From NCBI RefSeq assembly GCF_963921235.1, contig NC_086097.1, positions 163,372,001-163,436,000 on the forward strand: a stretch of 64,000 nucleotides of DNA. Reading direction: 5' to 3'. The translations under genes and the position numbers were made by a program. Numbering within the stretch: the first letter of the stretch is position 1; each line of letters begins with the position of its first letter. The notes under the pieces are model-generated. The model did not search any database. It saw only the letters and a program-made list of their open reading frames with translations, and had not been told where the DNA came from. Of this stretch, positions 36,578 through 48,406 are shown one piece after another. This DNA comes from Mobula hypostoma. Taxonomy: Eukaryota.

Positions 36578-37700
36578 AGGTTTAGATGAACCTGAGATGG
36601 CTAACTGTCTGTTGATGCACAGACAATAGAAACAGTCATGCAAAAAAAAAGTGCAACTGTACTACTTTGGGAAGGGACAGACATTGTCGAGTTGGAAAAA
36701 AAAAAGCAGAAAATGGTTGACATTCACTGGTTCATAAGTGGTGAATACCAAGAGATAATAACATAGAGTTTAAAAAAGCAGAAACGACTAGCTGCATCGG
36801 AAAGATAGATGCATTCGATTGCACAAGTGATGACTGTATTTGTTTACTGAGTGAACTGAGTGGTATTTTAAAGCAAATTAAATGGCCAAAGCAAAGTGAG
36901 TGCCAGTGTTGCTGAGTATGTTAGATGGAAAGATGTACAGTTTGCTTGGAAGTTTGACTTCTGCAACTAATCCAGCCATAATGTATTTTGCTGATATCAT
37001 GAAAGTAGTGCCAGAACATTTAGAACTGAAACCATTGATTGTAGAATGCTTTGGGCTTCATAAGCAGAATCAAAAGGTGAGTCTACCTTGGTGCACATGG
37101 TTGAATTGAAGAGCATGGTCAGTTCAGTGGGCTTAATGACACACTGAGAGATTGTTTAGTTAGTGGAATCTTACAAGAAAACATTCAAAAATGGCTCCTA
37201 ACTGAAGTACAACATTTAAAAGAGCAATTGAAACACCTGTATCAATGGAAATGGCATACAGAGACACAATTGAGTTGCAGTCAGGAATGAAAGTGAGCTT
37301 GAATAAAATTCCAAGTTCTAAACAGAACAAATTGTGTTACTGTTGTGGCAGGGGCTCACATACACCAGACCAATGCAGATTTATCCACAAAGCTTACAGA
37401 AAATGCAATAAAGTAGGACACATACAAAGAGCATGTCAGGTAGACAAAAATAAATGGTCTGCACAGGGAAGAGAAAAATTAAAGTCAATTTACAGTTTCA
37501 AAAGGACCACTAATCTGCATGCTGCTGATGAAAAATCTGATGCTAAGTGATACAGGACTGGGTAGCCTTGAAATTTACAATGTGAAACTAACAATAGACA
37601 AGCAAACAACAGGAATTCTGCAGATGCTGGAAATTCAAGCAACATACATCAAAGTTGCTGGTGAACGCAGCAGGCCAAGCAGCATCTATAGGAAGAGGCG

Positions 37701-37738
37701 CAGTCGACGTTTCAGGCCGAGACCCTTCGTCAGGACTA
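37701..37738 (-). ncRNA. Minimal type I hammerhead ribozyme in the PLE 3' region
   Basis: Sense strand UAGUC-CUGACGA-A-GGGU(CUCG)GCCU-GAAA-CG-UC^GACUG. Confidence 0.87.
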
Positions 37739-38024
37739 ACTGAAGGAAGAGTGAGTAAGGGATTTGAAAGCTGGAGGGGGAGATGCAAAATGATAGGAGA
37801 AGACAGGAGGGGGAGGGATAGAGCCGAGAGCTGGACAGGTGATAGGCAAGGGGATACGAGAGGATCATGGGACAGGAGGTCTGGGAAGAAAGACAAGGGG
37901 GGGGGTGACCCAGAGGATGGGCAAGAGGTATATTCAGAGGGACAGAGGGAGAAAAAGGAGAGTGAGAGAAAGAATGTGTGCATAAAAATGAGTAACAGAT
38001 GGGGTACGAGGGGGAGGTGGGGCC

Positions 38025-40757
38025 TTAGCGGAAGTTAGAGAAGTCAATGTTCATGCCATCAGGTTGGAGGCTACCCAGACGGAATATAAGGTGTTGTTCC
38101 TCCAACCTGAGTGTGGCTTCATCTTTACAGTAGAGGAGGCCGTGGATAGACATGTCAGAATGGGAATGGGATGTGGAATTAAAATGTGTGGCCATTGGGA
38201 GATCCTGCTTTCTCTGGCAGACAGAGCGTAGATGTTCAGCAAAGCGGTCTCCCAGTCTGCGTCGGGTCTCACCAATATATAAAAGGCCACATCGGGAGCA
38301 CCGGACGCAGTATATCACCCCAGTCGACTCACAGGTGAAGTGTTGCCTCACCTGGAAGGACTGTTTGGGGCCCTGAATGGTGGTAAGGGAGGAAGTGTAA
38401 GGGCATGTGTAGCACTTGTTCCGCTTACACGGATAAGTGCCAGGAGGGAGATCAGTGGGGAGGGATGGGGGGGACGAATGGACAAGGAAGTTGTGTAGGG
38501 AGCGATCCCTGCGGAATGCAGGGGGGGGGGAGGGAAAGATGTGCTTAGTGGTGGGATCCCGTTGGAGGTGGCGGAAGTTACGGAGAATAATATGTTGGAC
38601 CCGGAGGCTGGTGGGGTGGTAGGTGAGGACCAGGGGAACCCTATTCCTAGTGGGATGGTGGGAGGATGGAGTGAGAGCAGATGTACGTGAAATGGGGGAG
38701 ATGCGTTTAAGAGCAGAGTTGATAGTGGAGGAAGGGAAGCCCCTTTCTTTAAAAAAGGAAGACATCTCCCTCATCCTAGAATGAAAAGCCTCATCCTGAG
38801 AGCAGATGCGGCGGAGACGGAGGAATTGCGAGAAGGGGATGGCGTTTTTGCAAGAGACAGGGTGAGAAGAGGAATAGTCCAGATAGCTGTGAGAGTCAGT
38901 AGGCTTATAGTAGACATCAGTGGATAAGCTGTCTCCAGAGACAGAGACAGAAAGATCTAGAAAGGGGAGGGAGGTGTCGGAAATGGACCAGGTAAACTTG
39001 AGGGCAGGGTGAAAGTTGGAGGCAAAGTTAATAAAGTCAACGAGTTCTGCATGCGTGCAGGAAGCAGCGCCAATGCAGTCGTCGATGTAGTGAAGGAAAA
39101 GTGGGGGACAGATACCAGAATAGGCACGGAACATAGATTGTTCCACAAACCCAACAAAAAGGCAGGCATAGCTAGGACCCATACGGGTGCCCATAGCTAC
39201 ACCTTTAGTTTGGAGGAAATGGGAGGAGCAAAAGGAGAAATTATTAAGAGTAAGGACTAATTCCGCTAGACGGAGCAGAGTGGTGGTAGAGGGGAACTGA
39301 TTAGGTCTGGAATCCAAAAAGAAGCGTAGAGCTTTGAGACCTTCCTGATGGGGGATGGAAGTATATAAGGACTGGACATCCATGGTGAAAATAAAGCGGT
39401 GGGGGCCAGGGAACTTAAAATCATTGAAAAGTTTAAGAGCGTGAGAAGTGTCACGAACATAGGTCGGAAGGGATTGAACAAGGGGTGATAAAACAGTGTC
39501 GAGGTATGCAGAAACGAGTTCGGTGGGGCAGGAGCAAGCTGAGACAATAGGTCGGCCAGGACAAGCAGGTTTGTGGATCTTGGGTAGGAGGTAGAAACGG
39601 GAAGTGCGGGGTGTGGGAACTATAAGGTTGGTAGCAGTGGATGGGAGATCCGCTGAACGGATAAATTCGGTGATAGTGTGGGAGACAATGGCCTGGTGCT
39701 CCTTAGTGGGGTCACGATCGAGGGGTAAATAAGAGGAGGTATCCGCGAGTTGTCGCTGTGCCTCAGCAAGGTAGAGGTCAGTACGCCAGGCTACAACAGC
39801 ACCCCCCTTATCAGCGGGTTTAATAATAAGGTTAGGATTAGTGCGGAGGGAGTGGAGAGCAGAGCGTTCCGAAGGAGTGAGGTTGGAATGGGGACAAGGT
39901 GCGGTGAAGTCGAGACGGTTGATGTCCCGTCGGCAGTTGGCAATAAAGAGATCCAGAGCAGGCAGAAGACCAGAGCGGGGTGTCCATGAAGAAGAGGAGG
40001 GTTGAAGACGGGAGAAGGGGTCATCGGTGGGGGTGGAAGAGTCCTTGCCGAAGAAGTAGGCTCGGAGACGGAGACAGCGGAAGAAAAGTTCCGCATCATG
40101 GCGAACACGGAACTCACTGAGGTGTGGTTGAAGGGGGACAAAGGTGAGGCCCTTACTGAGAACAGAGCGTTCTGCCTCCGACAGTTGAAGGTCGGAGGGG
40201 ATGGTAAAGACCCGGCACGGATGAGAGCTGGGATCAGAGGGGGGAGGGGGGAGGCTGGGTGTGTCAATGGAGAGGGGAGGGTTGGGGTGAGAGGAAGATG
40301 GAGCCTCTGAGGGCCCAGGAGCTGACGGTGGGATCTGAGGGAGACGGGATTGCAGAGTATTGGTGGGGGAAGGGGAGACGGGAGTCACAACAGCAGCACA
40401 TAAAGACCCGGCCTGGAGTTCAAGGCTGGAATCTTGAGAGCTGGGATCAGAGGGGGGAGGGGGGAGGCTGGGGGTGTCAGTGGAGAGGGGAGGGTTGGGG
40501 TGAGAGGAAGATGGAGCCTCTGAGGGCCCAGGAGTTGACGGTGGGATCTGAGGAAGACGGGGCTGCGGAGTGGTGGTGGGGGAAGGGGAGACGGGAGTCA
40601 CAACAGCAGCACATAAAGACCCAGCCTGGAGTTCAAGGCTGGAGTCGCAGTTGGTGGTTGCGCAATCGCTGTGAAGGTGTCCATGGTTGTTGCTGGAATC
40701 CGGGTTTTGAATATGTCCTGAGGTGTTGGAGCCGCCGAGATCAATGGCAGGAGCCAA
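38025..40757 (-). CDS. PLE polyprotein: reverse transcriptase + Cys-rich linker + GIY-YIG endonuclease (N-terminally truncated, no ATG start)
   Basis: 910 codons with no stop; 'IKPADKGG', 'FYLLPKIHK', 'GRPIVS', 'MDVQSLYTSIP', 'GVAMG', 'YIDD', 'FLD', 'YYKPT'; 'CKRNKCYTC'; 'VIYCVRCSRCGLLYIGETRR...RFAEH'. Confidence 0.93.
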   Translation of the reverse strand: MAPAIDLGGSNTSGHIQNPDSSNNHGHLHSDCATTNCDSSLELQAGSLCAAVVTPVSPSPTTTPQPRLPQIPPSTPGPSEAPSSSHPNPPLSTDTPSLPPPPSDPSSQDSSLELQAGSLCAAVVTPVSPSPTNTLQSRLPQIPPSAPGPSEAPSSSHPNPPLSIDTPSLPPPPSDPSSHPCRVFTIPSDLQLSEAERSVLSKGLTFVPLQPHLSEFRVRHDAELFFRCLRLRAYFFGKDSSTPTDDPFSRLQPSSSSWTPRSGLLPALDLFIANCRRDINRLDFTAPCPHSNLTPSERSALHSLRTNPNLIIKPADKGGAVVAWRTDLYLAEAQRQLADTSSYLPLDRDPTKEHQAIVSHTITEFIRSADLPSTATNLIVPTPRTSRFYLLPKIHKPACPGRPIVSACSCPTELVSAYLDTVLSPLVQSLPTYVRDTSHALKLFNDFKFPGPHRFIFTMDVQSLYTSIPHQEGLKALRFFLDSRPNQFPSTTTLLRLAELVLTLNNFSFCSSHFLQTKGVAMGTRMGPSYACLFVGFVEQSMFRAYSGICPPLFLHYIDDCIGAASCTHAELVDFINFASNFHPALKFTWSISDTSLPFLDLSVSVSGDSLSTDVYYKPTDSHSYLDYSSSHPVSCKNAIPFSQFLRLRRICSQDEAFHSRMREMSSFFKERGFPSSTINSALKRISPISRTSALTPSSHHPTRNRVPLVLTYHPTSLRVQHIILRNFRHLQRDPTTKHIFPSPPPAFRRDRSLHNFLVHSSPPSLPTDLPPGTYPCKRNKCYTCPYTSSLTTIQGPKQSFQVRQHFTCESTGVIYCVRCSRCGLLYIGETRRRLGDRFAEHLRSVCQRKQDLPMATHFNSTSHSHSDMSIHGLLYCKDEATLRLEEQHLIFRLGSLQPDGMNIDFSNFR
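40222..40645. repeat. In-frame 213-bp tandem duplication in the PLE ORF
   Basis: Units begin at 40222 and 40435; encode two 71-aa Pro/Ser-rich units 'DSSLELQAGSLCAAVVTP...SDPSS'. Confidence 0.95.
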
Positions 40758-43136
40758 GCAATAAGGCTTACACCAGAAGTGAACAGCAAATTAATTAACC
40801 TGGAATTGGACACTGGCTCAGCTGTTTCAATCATTCCACAAAATGAGTTTGAATGACATTTCAAAGATACTAAACTGAAGCATGCAGATATTCAACTAGG
40901 AACTTGTACTGGAGAAAAGGTAACTCCTGTGGGAATGACATTTGTAATAGTGTAAGAGTATAATAGTATAATACAACAGCCAGCAAGCCACATTGGGCTT
41001 GTATGAGGGCAAGCATTATGGGGATGTAGTTATCACAGCCATTCATAACTTAATTGGAGACCAATCCAAAACTTGCATGCCACATCCCCTGCAACAGAGA
41101 AAACTTAAAGCGAATTAAGTACTGGATAATGCCACAGCACTGTTCAAGGATGGCATTGGAAAACTCAAACATACCAGGGTAAAATAGTGTTAAATAAAAA
41201 TGCCAACTGAAGGTTTACAAGGCCTGACCAGTTCCTTGTACATTCTGTAATAGTCAGTGAGCTAGATGACATGGAGGCTAAAGGAATTCTGTCCAAGGCT
41301 GAGCTCATGATCCATGCAAGTGGTGCTAATAGCCAAGAAGAATGGGTCCCTCAGATCCTGTGGTGAATTTAAGGTCACCATCAACCCAGTACTGAAAGTC
41401 GATCAATACCCTCTGCTCAGGATAGAAGATAACTTTCCAAACCATTTTGGAGAAAAACTGCAGTAAAGTGGACTGAGCTGAGGTCTATCTAGATGGAGAT
41501 GGGAAAAACACTGACAAAGGGCTTTATTGCTTTGATAGGCTGATTTTTGGAGTAGCACCTGCATGTGCACCTTGGCAGGAAGCTATGGACCAGGTGCTAC
41601 AAGGCTGTTCAGTACTGTTACCTGGATGACCTCATTGTTACTGTTAAGAATGACAAGGAACTTCTCCAAAATCTCAAGATAGTGTTTTTTTTAAAGTTAG
41701 AAGACTATGGGCTCAGAGCATGATGCTACAATTGTGAATTCTTTAATCGAAGCATCATTTACTGTGTCACTCCCTTGATGCACAAGATTTACACAAGTGT
41801 GCTGAGAAAATTTCAAGCAGTAGTGAATGCCCCAAAACCAAAAGACATCACAGTTTTGGACCATTTTAGGATTTGTCATTTACTGTAGGAGGTTGCTGGC
41901 AAACGTGGCTACTGTGCCCCACCCCTTGAACTCATTCCTATAGACCGGGAAGAAATGGCAATGGACAAAGCAGTGTGAGGTGGCCTTCAAAAAGGTTAAA
42001 GGAAATGGTGATGTCAGACACTGTACAGATACATTATGATCCACATCATATGGTGATGCTTGTCTGTAAAGCCTCACCTTACGGTATAGGTGCAGTCATG
42101 TCACATGTTCTGAGTGATGGAAGTCAATGCCTTTGCATAACATTCCTTTACCACTGCAGAGAAAAATTACACACAGATTGACAGAGAAGCATTGAGTCTG
42201 GTTTGCATGTAAAACATCTCAATCATTACTTGTATGGGAGAAAGTTCACTCTCATTACTGAATATCAACCACTAGTGCCCATTTTCAATCCACAGAAGGG
42301 TGTTTCACTAAGAGCAGAGGCACAAATGAGAGATGAGCTCTGCTTCTTGGAGGACACAATTACAAGACGGAATTCAAGAGGATGACTAATCATGGGAATA
42401 CTGATGAATGTCCCATTTACCCTTGGAAAATTAAATAACTGAAACGTTTCCAAAAGAGGACACTCCTCTAACGTATTCTCCCTAATGAAACTAGAGGGCC
42501 TCCCTGTTATGGCAGAGATGATCCAAAGTGAAACCAGAATGGATCCTACACTGTCTGGATTTTGTAGTGGAAACTCCAGTTCCCCCATTTTTACCAGTGC
42601 CGGGATGAACTTGCCCTTGAATGGGTTTGTGTTACTTTGGGACTGAGTTGTTGTAACATTCAAGCTGGGAGCTAACATGTTGGAGCTGTGTAGCTGTCAT
42701 CTAGGCATGGTCACAGTGAAAGCATTGGCTCAAAGCTTTGTCTGGTGGCCTGGGATAGATCAGATCGAGCAGCTTACCATGGATGGTTCAGTCTGCCAGC
42801 AAGTCTAGAGAATGGCATCCAGAGCTGTCAGAACCACCACTTGCAGCCCCAGTCAACTCCTATAATCACCACCACGGAGGAGGCCTCAGAATACATGATG
42901 GTTTCACAGCCACAAGTCTCACCTACCAAGTAGAACAAACTCCCCTTGTCAGGAAAGGCTTTATCTCACAAGGGTAAGAAATCCTTCACAGCGATTAAAT
43001 CTTTAGATCTGAATGGGACAATCTAAAATTTACTATAATGCATATGTCTATATTGTAGTTGTCTTATGTAGTATACTGTGTATATAGTTGAGGTGCATTC
43101 TATATTAAGTTGGAGTTTATTGCTAAGCAGAGAGCA

Positions 43137-43362
43137 CTGTTGTGTATTTAATATTTCAATAAGAGTATTATTGTAGATATATTTGATTAAAGATTCCTTA
43201 TTTACATAATTCATTATGGGTTGTATGTAAAAGTATGGGAATGGCATATGTCATCACACTACCATGTCATGTGTGTCAATATGTCACCATGTCATATGAC
43301 AAAGCATACATGTTTAACCAATCTTTTGATTAGTTTTATAGTTTGGTGTTACAAAATATCAA
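43137..43362 (+). repeat. 3' LTR of the Gypsy element
   Basis: Starts TGT after purine-rich 'aagcagagagca'; similar to the 5' LTR. Confidence 0.8.
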
Positions 43363-43556
43363 TCATTGTAATATATTTCACTAGTTTGTTCAGTTAAAAT
43401 GTACTTGGTAAATACTAATATTGGAAATGGGTGACATTACAAAACGTTGATTTGGCAATCAGATAACAGATACTTATTGCATGAATACAGGGGAAGTGAG
43501 TCACTGGAGCACATTGAGTATTATTTCTTTTGCCCCCCCTCTAATGAACAAGGTAA

Positions 43557-44170
43557 GAATTGAATTGAATTTACTTTATTACTTACATCTTTCATATACA
43601 TGAGAAGTAAAATCTTTACGTTACATCTCTAAGTGTGCAATTTATAGTAATTTATAATGGTATGTACAACAGGGCAGAATATAGAAATACAATTGTATAC
43701 CAAACTTCTTAAACCGTCTGAGGTGAAAGAGGTGCTGTTGTGCCGTTTTCACCACACAGCCGGTATGGACGGATCACGGGAAATCCTTGGTGATTGCTGT
43801 TCACCCACTCAACCCCAGATCCATTGCTGTCAGTCGCGGTTAGCCTGCCTGCATTCCTCTTGTAGTTCCCAACCAGCTCCTTTGTTTTTGCAACATTGAG
43901 GAAGAAGTTTTCTTGACACCACTCTGTAGGCTGCCTCATATTATTTGAGATTAGGCCAATCAGTGTAGTGTCGTCAGCAAATTTAATTAGCAGATTGGAG
44001 CTGTGGATGGTGACACAGTCACTGGTATACAGAGAGTAAAGGACGGGGCTTGGGACACAGCCCTGAGGGGCATCTGTGTTGAGGGGAAGAGGTGACAGAG
44101 CCCACTCTTGCCACCTGCTGGCGATCTGACAGTAAGTCCAGGATCCAGCTACACAAGGCAGGGTGAAGAG
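43557..44170 (-). mobile_element. Rex1/Babar LINE fragment
   Basis: 'GCVPSP', 'KFADDTT', 'WCQENFFLNVAKTKELV'; (ttcaa)n tail. Confidence 0.85.
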
Positions 44171-44174
44171 CTCA

Positions 44175-45243
44175 TGATATTACAGGAAGGATACTAAGAA
44201 GATTTGCAGAGTGGCAATAAAAGGGGCATTATCTGGTTGGCTGGCGGTAGCCAGTGGTGTTCTGGTAATTGCATTGCATCCTTTCACACTATATGTTAAT
44301 GAACTGGCTGATGGAATTGATGGCTTTGTGACCATGTTTGCAGATGATACTAAGATGGGTGGAGCAGTAGATAGTGCTGAGGAAGCAGGGAGTGTGCAGG
44401 ACTTGGACAGATTAGAATGGGCAAAGACATGGTTGATGGAATATAGTGGCAGGAAGTGTAAGGTCATCCACTTTGGTAGAAGGAATGAAGTGTAGACTAT
44501 TTTATAAATGGGGATAGAATTCAGATTTTGGATGTTGAAAAGGGATTTGGGAATTCTAATACATGATTCCCAACAGGTAAAGTTGCAGACTGAGTCTGTA
44601 AGGAAGGTAAATGCAATGTTAGCATTCATTTTGAGAGGACTATAACATAAAAGCAAGGATGTAATGCTGAAGCTTTATAAGGCATTGGTTAGACCACACG
44701 GAATATTGTCAGCACTTTTGTAACCTATAGCTAAGAAAAGATGTGCTAGCATTGGAGAGTGTTCAGAAGAGGTTTAAAAATGATCCAGGAATGAAATGGT
44801 TAACGAATGATGTGTGTTTGGCTTTGAGCCTGTGCTCACTGGAGTTTCGAAGAGTGAGAGGGTATCTAATTGAAACTCATTGAATATGGAAATGCTTAGA
44901 CAGAAGGGATGTGCAGAGGATGTTTCCAATAGTGGGAGAGCCTAGGACCAGAGGGCACAGCCTCAAAATAGAACTACTTCCTTTCAGAACAGAAAGGAGG
45001 AAGAGTTTCTTTAGCCAGAGGGTGAATATGTGGAACTTTGCTATACTTGGCTGTGAACACCAAGTCATTGGATATGGTTAAAGCAGAGTTCGATAGGTAC
45101 TTAAATAATAGGGTGTCAAATGTTATGGAGAAAAAGCAGGAGATTGGAGTTGAGAGGGAAAATTAAGTCAGCAACGCTTGAAATGCACAGCAGACCTGAT
45201 GAGCCAAATTGCCTAATTCTGCTCCTTTGACTTATGGTCTCTG
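44175..45243 (+). mobile_element. CR1 RT and 3' fragment
   Basis: 'FTLYVNEL...MFADDTKMGG...KCKVIHFG'; CR1 tail. Confidence 0.9.
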
Positions 45244-45319
45244 GGCTATACATTGTAACTCACCAAGGGGAGAAGTTAATATACAGCATCATCAGATTGA
45301 AAGAAAGTGACAAACAATT

Positions 45320-45545
45320 GGCTGGAGGAAATCAAATGGTCAAACTCATGGTTGAGCAGTATCTGTGGGGGGAAGAAATTGTTTCCACCCATAACACCAA
45401 CACGGAGCATCAGGACTGAAGTTAGGATTTTGATCTGAAGCATTAACAATTCCTTTCCCTCCACAGATACTATTTGACCCAATGAGTTCTTCCAGTAGAT
45501 GGTTTGTTGCTGCAGATCCCAATATCTGTAGTCACTTGTGTCTCT
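45320..45545. mobile_element. Decayed PLE-derived fold-back element
   Basis: 'gctggaggaa...agtatctgtggggggaag' inverted against 'ttccctccacagatact...ttcttccag'; 'catcaggact' hammerhead remnant. Confidence 0.65.
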
Positions 45546-45619
45546 GGAAAGAAAGCATTTCCTGAGAGTAATGGAAAGGGCACCCTTGGAACTGTAAGTG
45601 AAACGCTTGATAAACACAA

Positions 45620-47068
45620 CACAAAGATAGGTGGGGAAAGTAAGTGGTGAAGAGGACATATCTAAGCGACAAGAGGAATGGATAAGTTAAGGGAGTGGGC
45701 AAAGATCTGGCAAATGGAGTATATTATGTGAAATTCCCTATTTTGGCAGGAAAAAAAAATTAAAAGAAGCATATTATTTTAATGATAGATTGCAGAACTC
45801 TGAAATAAAGGGCCTCCATATGTCTGAATAATTCACAAAAGTATAGTTTGCAGGTACAGCCAATAATTAGGAAAACCAACACAAAGTTGTCCTTTAAATT
45901 CAAAAATCTGAGGTGCAAAGGGATTTGGGAGTCCTCAAGTATGGTTCCCTAAAGGTTAATTTGTAGAGTGAATCATTCGAGAAGAAGGCAAAAAGTAATG
46001 TTAGCATTCATATGAAGAGGTCTAGAATACAAAAGCAAAGATGTAATGCTGAGCCTGTATAAGGTACTGGTGAGGTCTGACCTGGATATTGTGAGCAGTT
46101 TTGGGTCACTTATTTAAGACAGGATATGCTGATATTTGAGCGGGTTCGAAGGAGATTCTCATTGAAACCTACGGAATGTGGCAAGGCCTAAATAGAGTAA
46201 ATGTGAAGAGAACGTTTCCTTTGGTGGGGGAGTCAGGGATCAGAGGGCATAGCCTCAAAATAATCAATTTGGAACAGAGATGGACAAATTTGTGCAGCCA
46301 GAGGGTGGTGAATATGTGGAATTCTTTGCTGTAGGCAGCTGTGGAGGCCAGGTCACTGGTGCATTTAAAGCAGAGGTTAAAAGGTTCTTGATTATTTAGG
46401 ACATAAAAGGTTATGGGGAGAAGGCAGAAAATTGGGGTTGAGAGGGAAATCAGCCATGATCAAATGGTGGAACAGACTCAATGGGCTCAGTGGCCTAATT
46501 CTGCTCCTGTATCTTTTGGTCTTACGCTTTTAATACAAGAGGAATTCAGTACAACAGCAGGGAGATCATGCTTCATTTCTTCAGGGTACCAGCAAGACCA
46601 TGTTGAGTAGCTGAGCGGTTTTGCTGTCCCCATTTAAGGAAGAATGTTAGTGCATTGGAAGCTGCTCATGGAAGGTTTACAAGACTAACACCTGGTGAGT
46701 TGTCTTGTGAAGAGAGGTTGCCCAGGTCAGACTTGCATTTGCTTGTGTTTAGAAGAGACAGAAGTACCTTGATCCTGATAGGATTGAACAAAGGTTGAGG
46801 AGATAGCAGTCTAGAGCTAGTGGTTTGTATTTAAAAAAAAATAATTAGCAATCATTTATACAGGGACAGGACAAAATTTGTTTCCCAGGGGCACCTGAGC
46901 CTTTGGAACTCTCTTCATCAAATGACAGTAAAATATAGGTTCTTGATCAAAAACTCAGAGGTTAAGGTTAAAAGTTACAGAAGTTGTAATTCAATCAGTA
47001 CAATCTTTTTAAACAATAGAGCTGGATTTTGGGACCAAATGGTCTACTTCTAATCCTAATTTATATGA
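45620..47068 (+). mobile_element. Two nested CR1 3' fragments
   Basis: 45620-45895 and 46525-47068 (older) flank 45896-46524 (younger); 'tggcaaatggagtat', 'agagggcatagcctcaaaata', CR1 tails. Confidence 0.75.
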
Positions 47069-48368
47069 TTACACACCTACAAACAATCACCAAAACATAG
47101 TAGCAGCAACACAGTTTGGAAGCCAGAGAGAACTTTTCCCACGCTCTTATCTGTTATCTGCTGCCTTACCAGTATCCCCAATGGCAATTTCATTTGAGCT
47201 CAGAGCTTGGGCTGGAGCCTGGACTTCCCTCTTGGTCAAGTTCAGAACCACAACAGCATCTGTAATTTGGCCAGGAAGCCATTGGGATATTTTAGTCCTG
47301 TAATTAAAATAATTTTCTAACTTTGTCGCACGCTGGGCTTCTGTGAGCTTGATGACTGCTGCTTGGCATAACTGGGAGGCCTGGAACTTAAAAAAGATGG
47401 CAAGAGCTGGTTCTCTGCTTTTTGCACCTTTTTTTGAAGTTTATTAGTAGTAGAAATAACAGAATCCAACAGTCAGTGAAATGCAAAGGCCACTGACTAT
47501 GCAGTTTGACTCAAAATTCCAATTTGTGCATTACTAGTTCATCCATTTTAAATTCAAAAATATTAATGAAATAAGGCTCTGTGAATGCAGTAGATCTCCA
47601 GAGCAATACAAGTACTTTAACAGATGCAATCAATCAAAGATCTTTTAGAGTTTCCTTTCCTTTGCTGTGGTAACTGTTCTTTCTGGAAGGAGGAATCCAG
47701 ACCTAACTTTCTTTGTCTGTCCATACACTAAATGAGATGCACTAAATGGCAGTCAGGAGGGAACAGACATTGTCTTCTAGGTCATGTCATTCTGTATTCT
47801 GGCATTGAAAAAGATTACCACACATCATTATGCATGAGTGTTTAATAAAAAGCATCAACTTCACACACCACATGGAAACCACATTCCACCTGTATGATTA
47901 ATTCATACTAGCCAGCAGGCAGTTAAGTCAAGTGGAACAGGAATTAAAGGAGGTTAGCTTCCAATTACTGACTTTATTGCAAGATAAGGGCACAACTTCA
48001 TTCTTCAGGAGTTTCCTATAAACACAATTGAGTTTGAAAAGTGGTATATTAACCCTTAATCCTCCAGTGCCATTCAACAAACCAGAAATTGCTTCGAGTT
48101 GAAACTCGTGATAGGTTGATGCTGTTCCAGTGATCTGTTTGAAGTACTGTCATCAATTTTCATCAAGACCTGATCACTGACAAGATAACATAAAACACTA
48201 TTTGTGCACATCCAAATGCTTTTGCTACAGTGTGGATAAGTGGCTTACAGTTTCCATATTCGTAAGAGTCACAGAAATTTCATGGATTAAAAAAAAACAG
48301 CCTTATCTAATTTACATCAAAGTTGCTGGTGAACGCAGCAGGCCAGGCAGCATCTCTAGGAAGAGGTA

Positions 48369-48406
48369 CAGTCGACGTTTCAAGCCGAGACCCTTCGTCA
48401 GGACTA
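48369..48406 (-). ncRNA. Hammerhead ribozyme motif (weakened stem II)
   Basis: UAGUC-CUGACGA-AGGGUCUCGGCUU-GAAACGUC^GACUG. Confidence 0.75.

Larger units (their letters stand above)
37602..40754 (-). mobile_element. Penelope-like retroelement (Neptune-type), 5'-truncated, recent
   Basis: RT + GIY-YIG frame, about 420-nt 3' region with hammerhead, CAAGCAA repeat at 37599-37605 and 40755-40761. Confidence 0.96.
36323..43362 (+). mobile_element. Degenerate Gypsy (Mag-like) LTR retrotransposon, interrupted by a PLE
   Basis: Gag knuckles 'CYCCGRGSHTPDQC' and 'YRKCNKVGHIQRAC'; protease 'LELDTGSAVSII' (40809); RT 'YLDD' (41619-41630); RNase H 'CKASPYGIGAVMSH', 'YLYGRKFTLIT'; integrase N-terminus 'HLGMV..KALAQSFVWWPGI'; order PR-RT-RH-IN; paired LTRs. 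Confidence 0.93.

Noticed and set aside
37602..38027. Possible selenoprotein/SECIS arrangement as in Naiad PLEs
   Set aside because: The ORF has no in-frame TGA, ends in TAA, and no convincing SECIS is visible.
39791..40798. Alternative-frame and antisense ORFs (158 aa, 179 aa) overlapping the PLE
   Set aside because: Expected shadow ORFs in a GC-rich, tandemly duplicated coding region.
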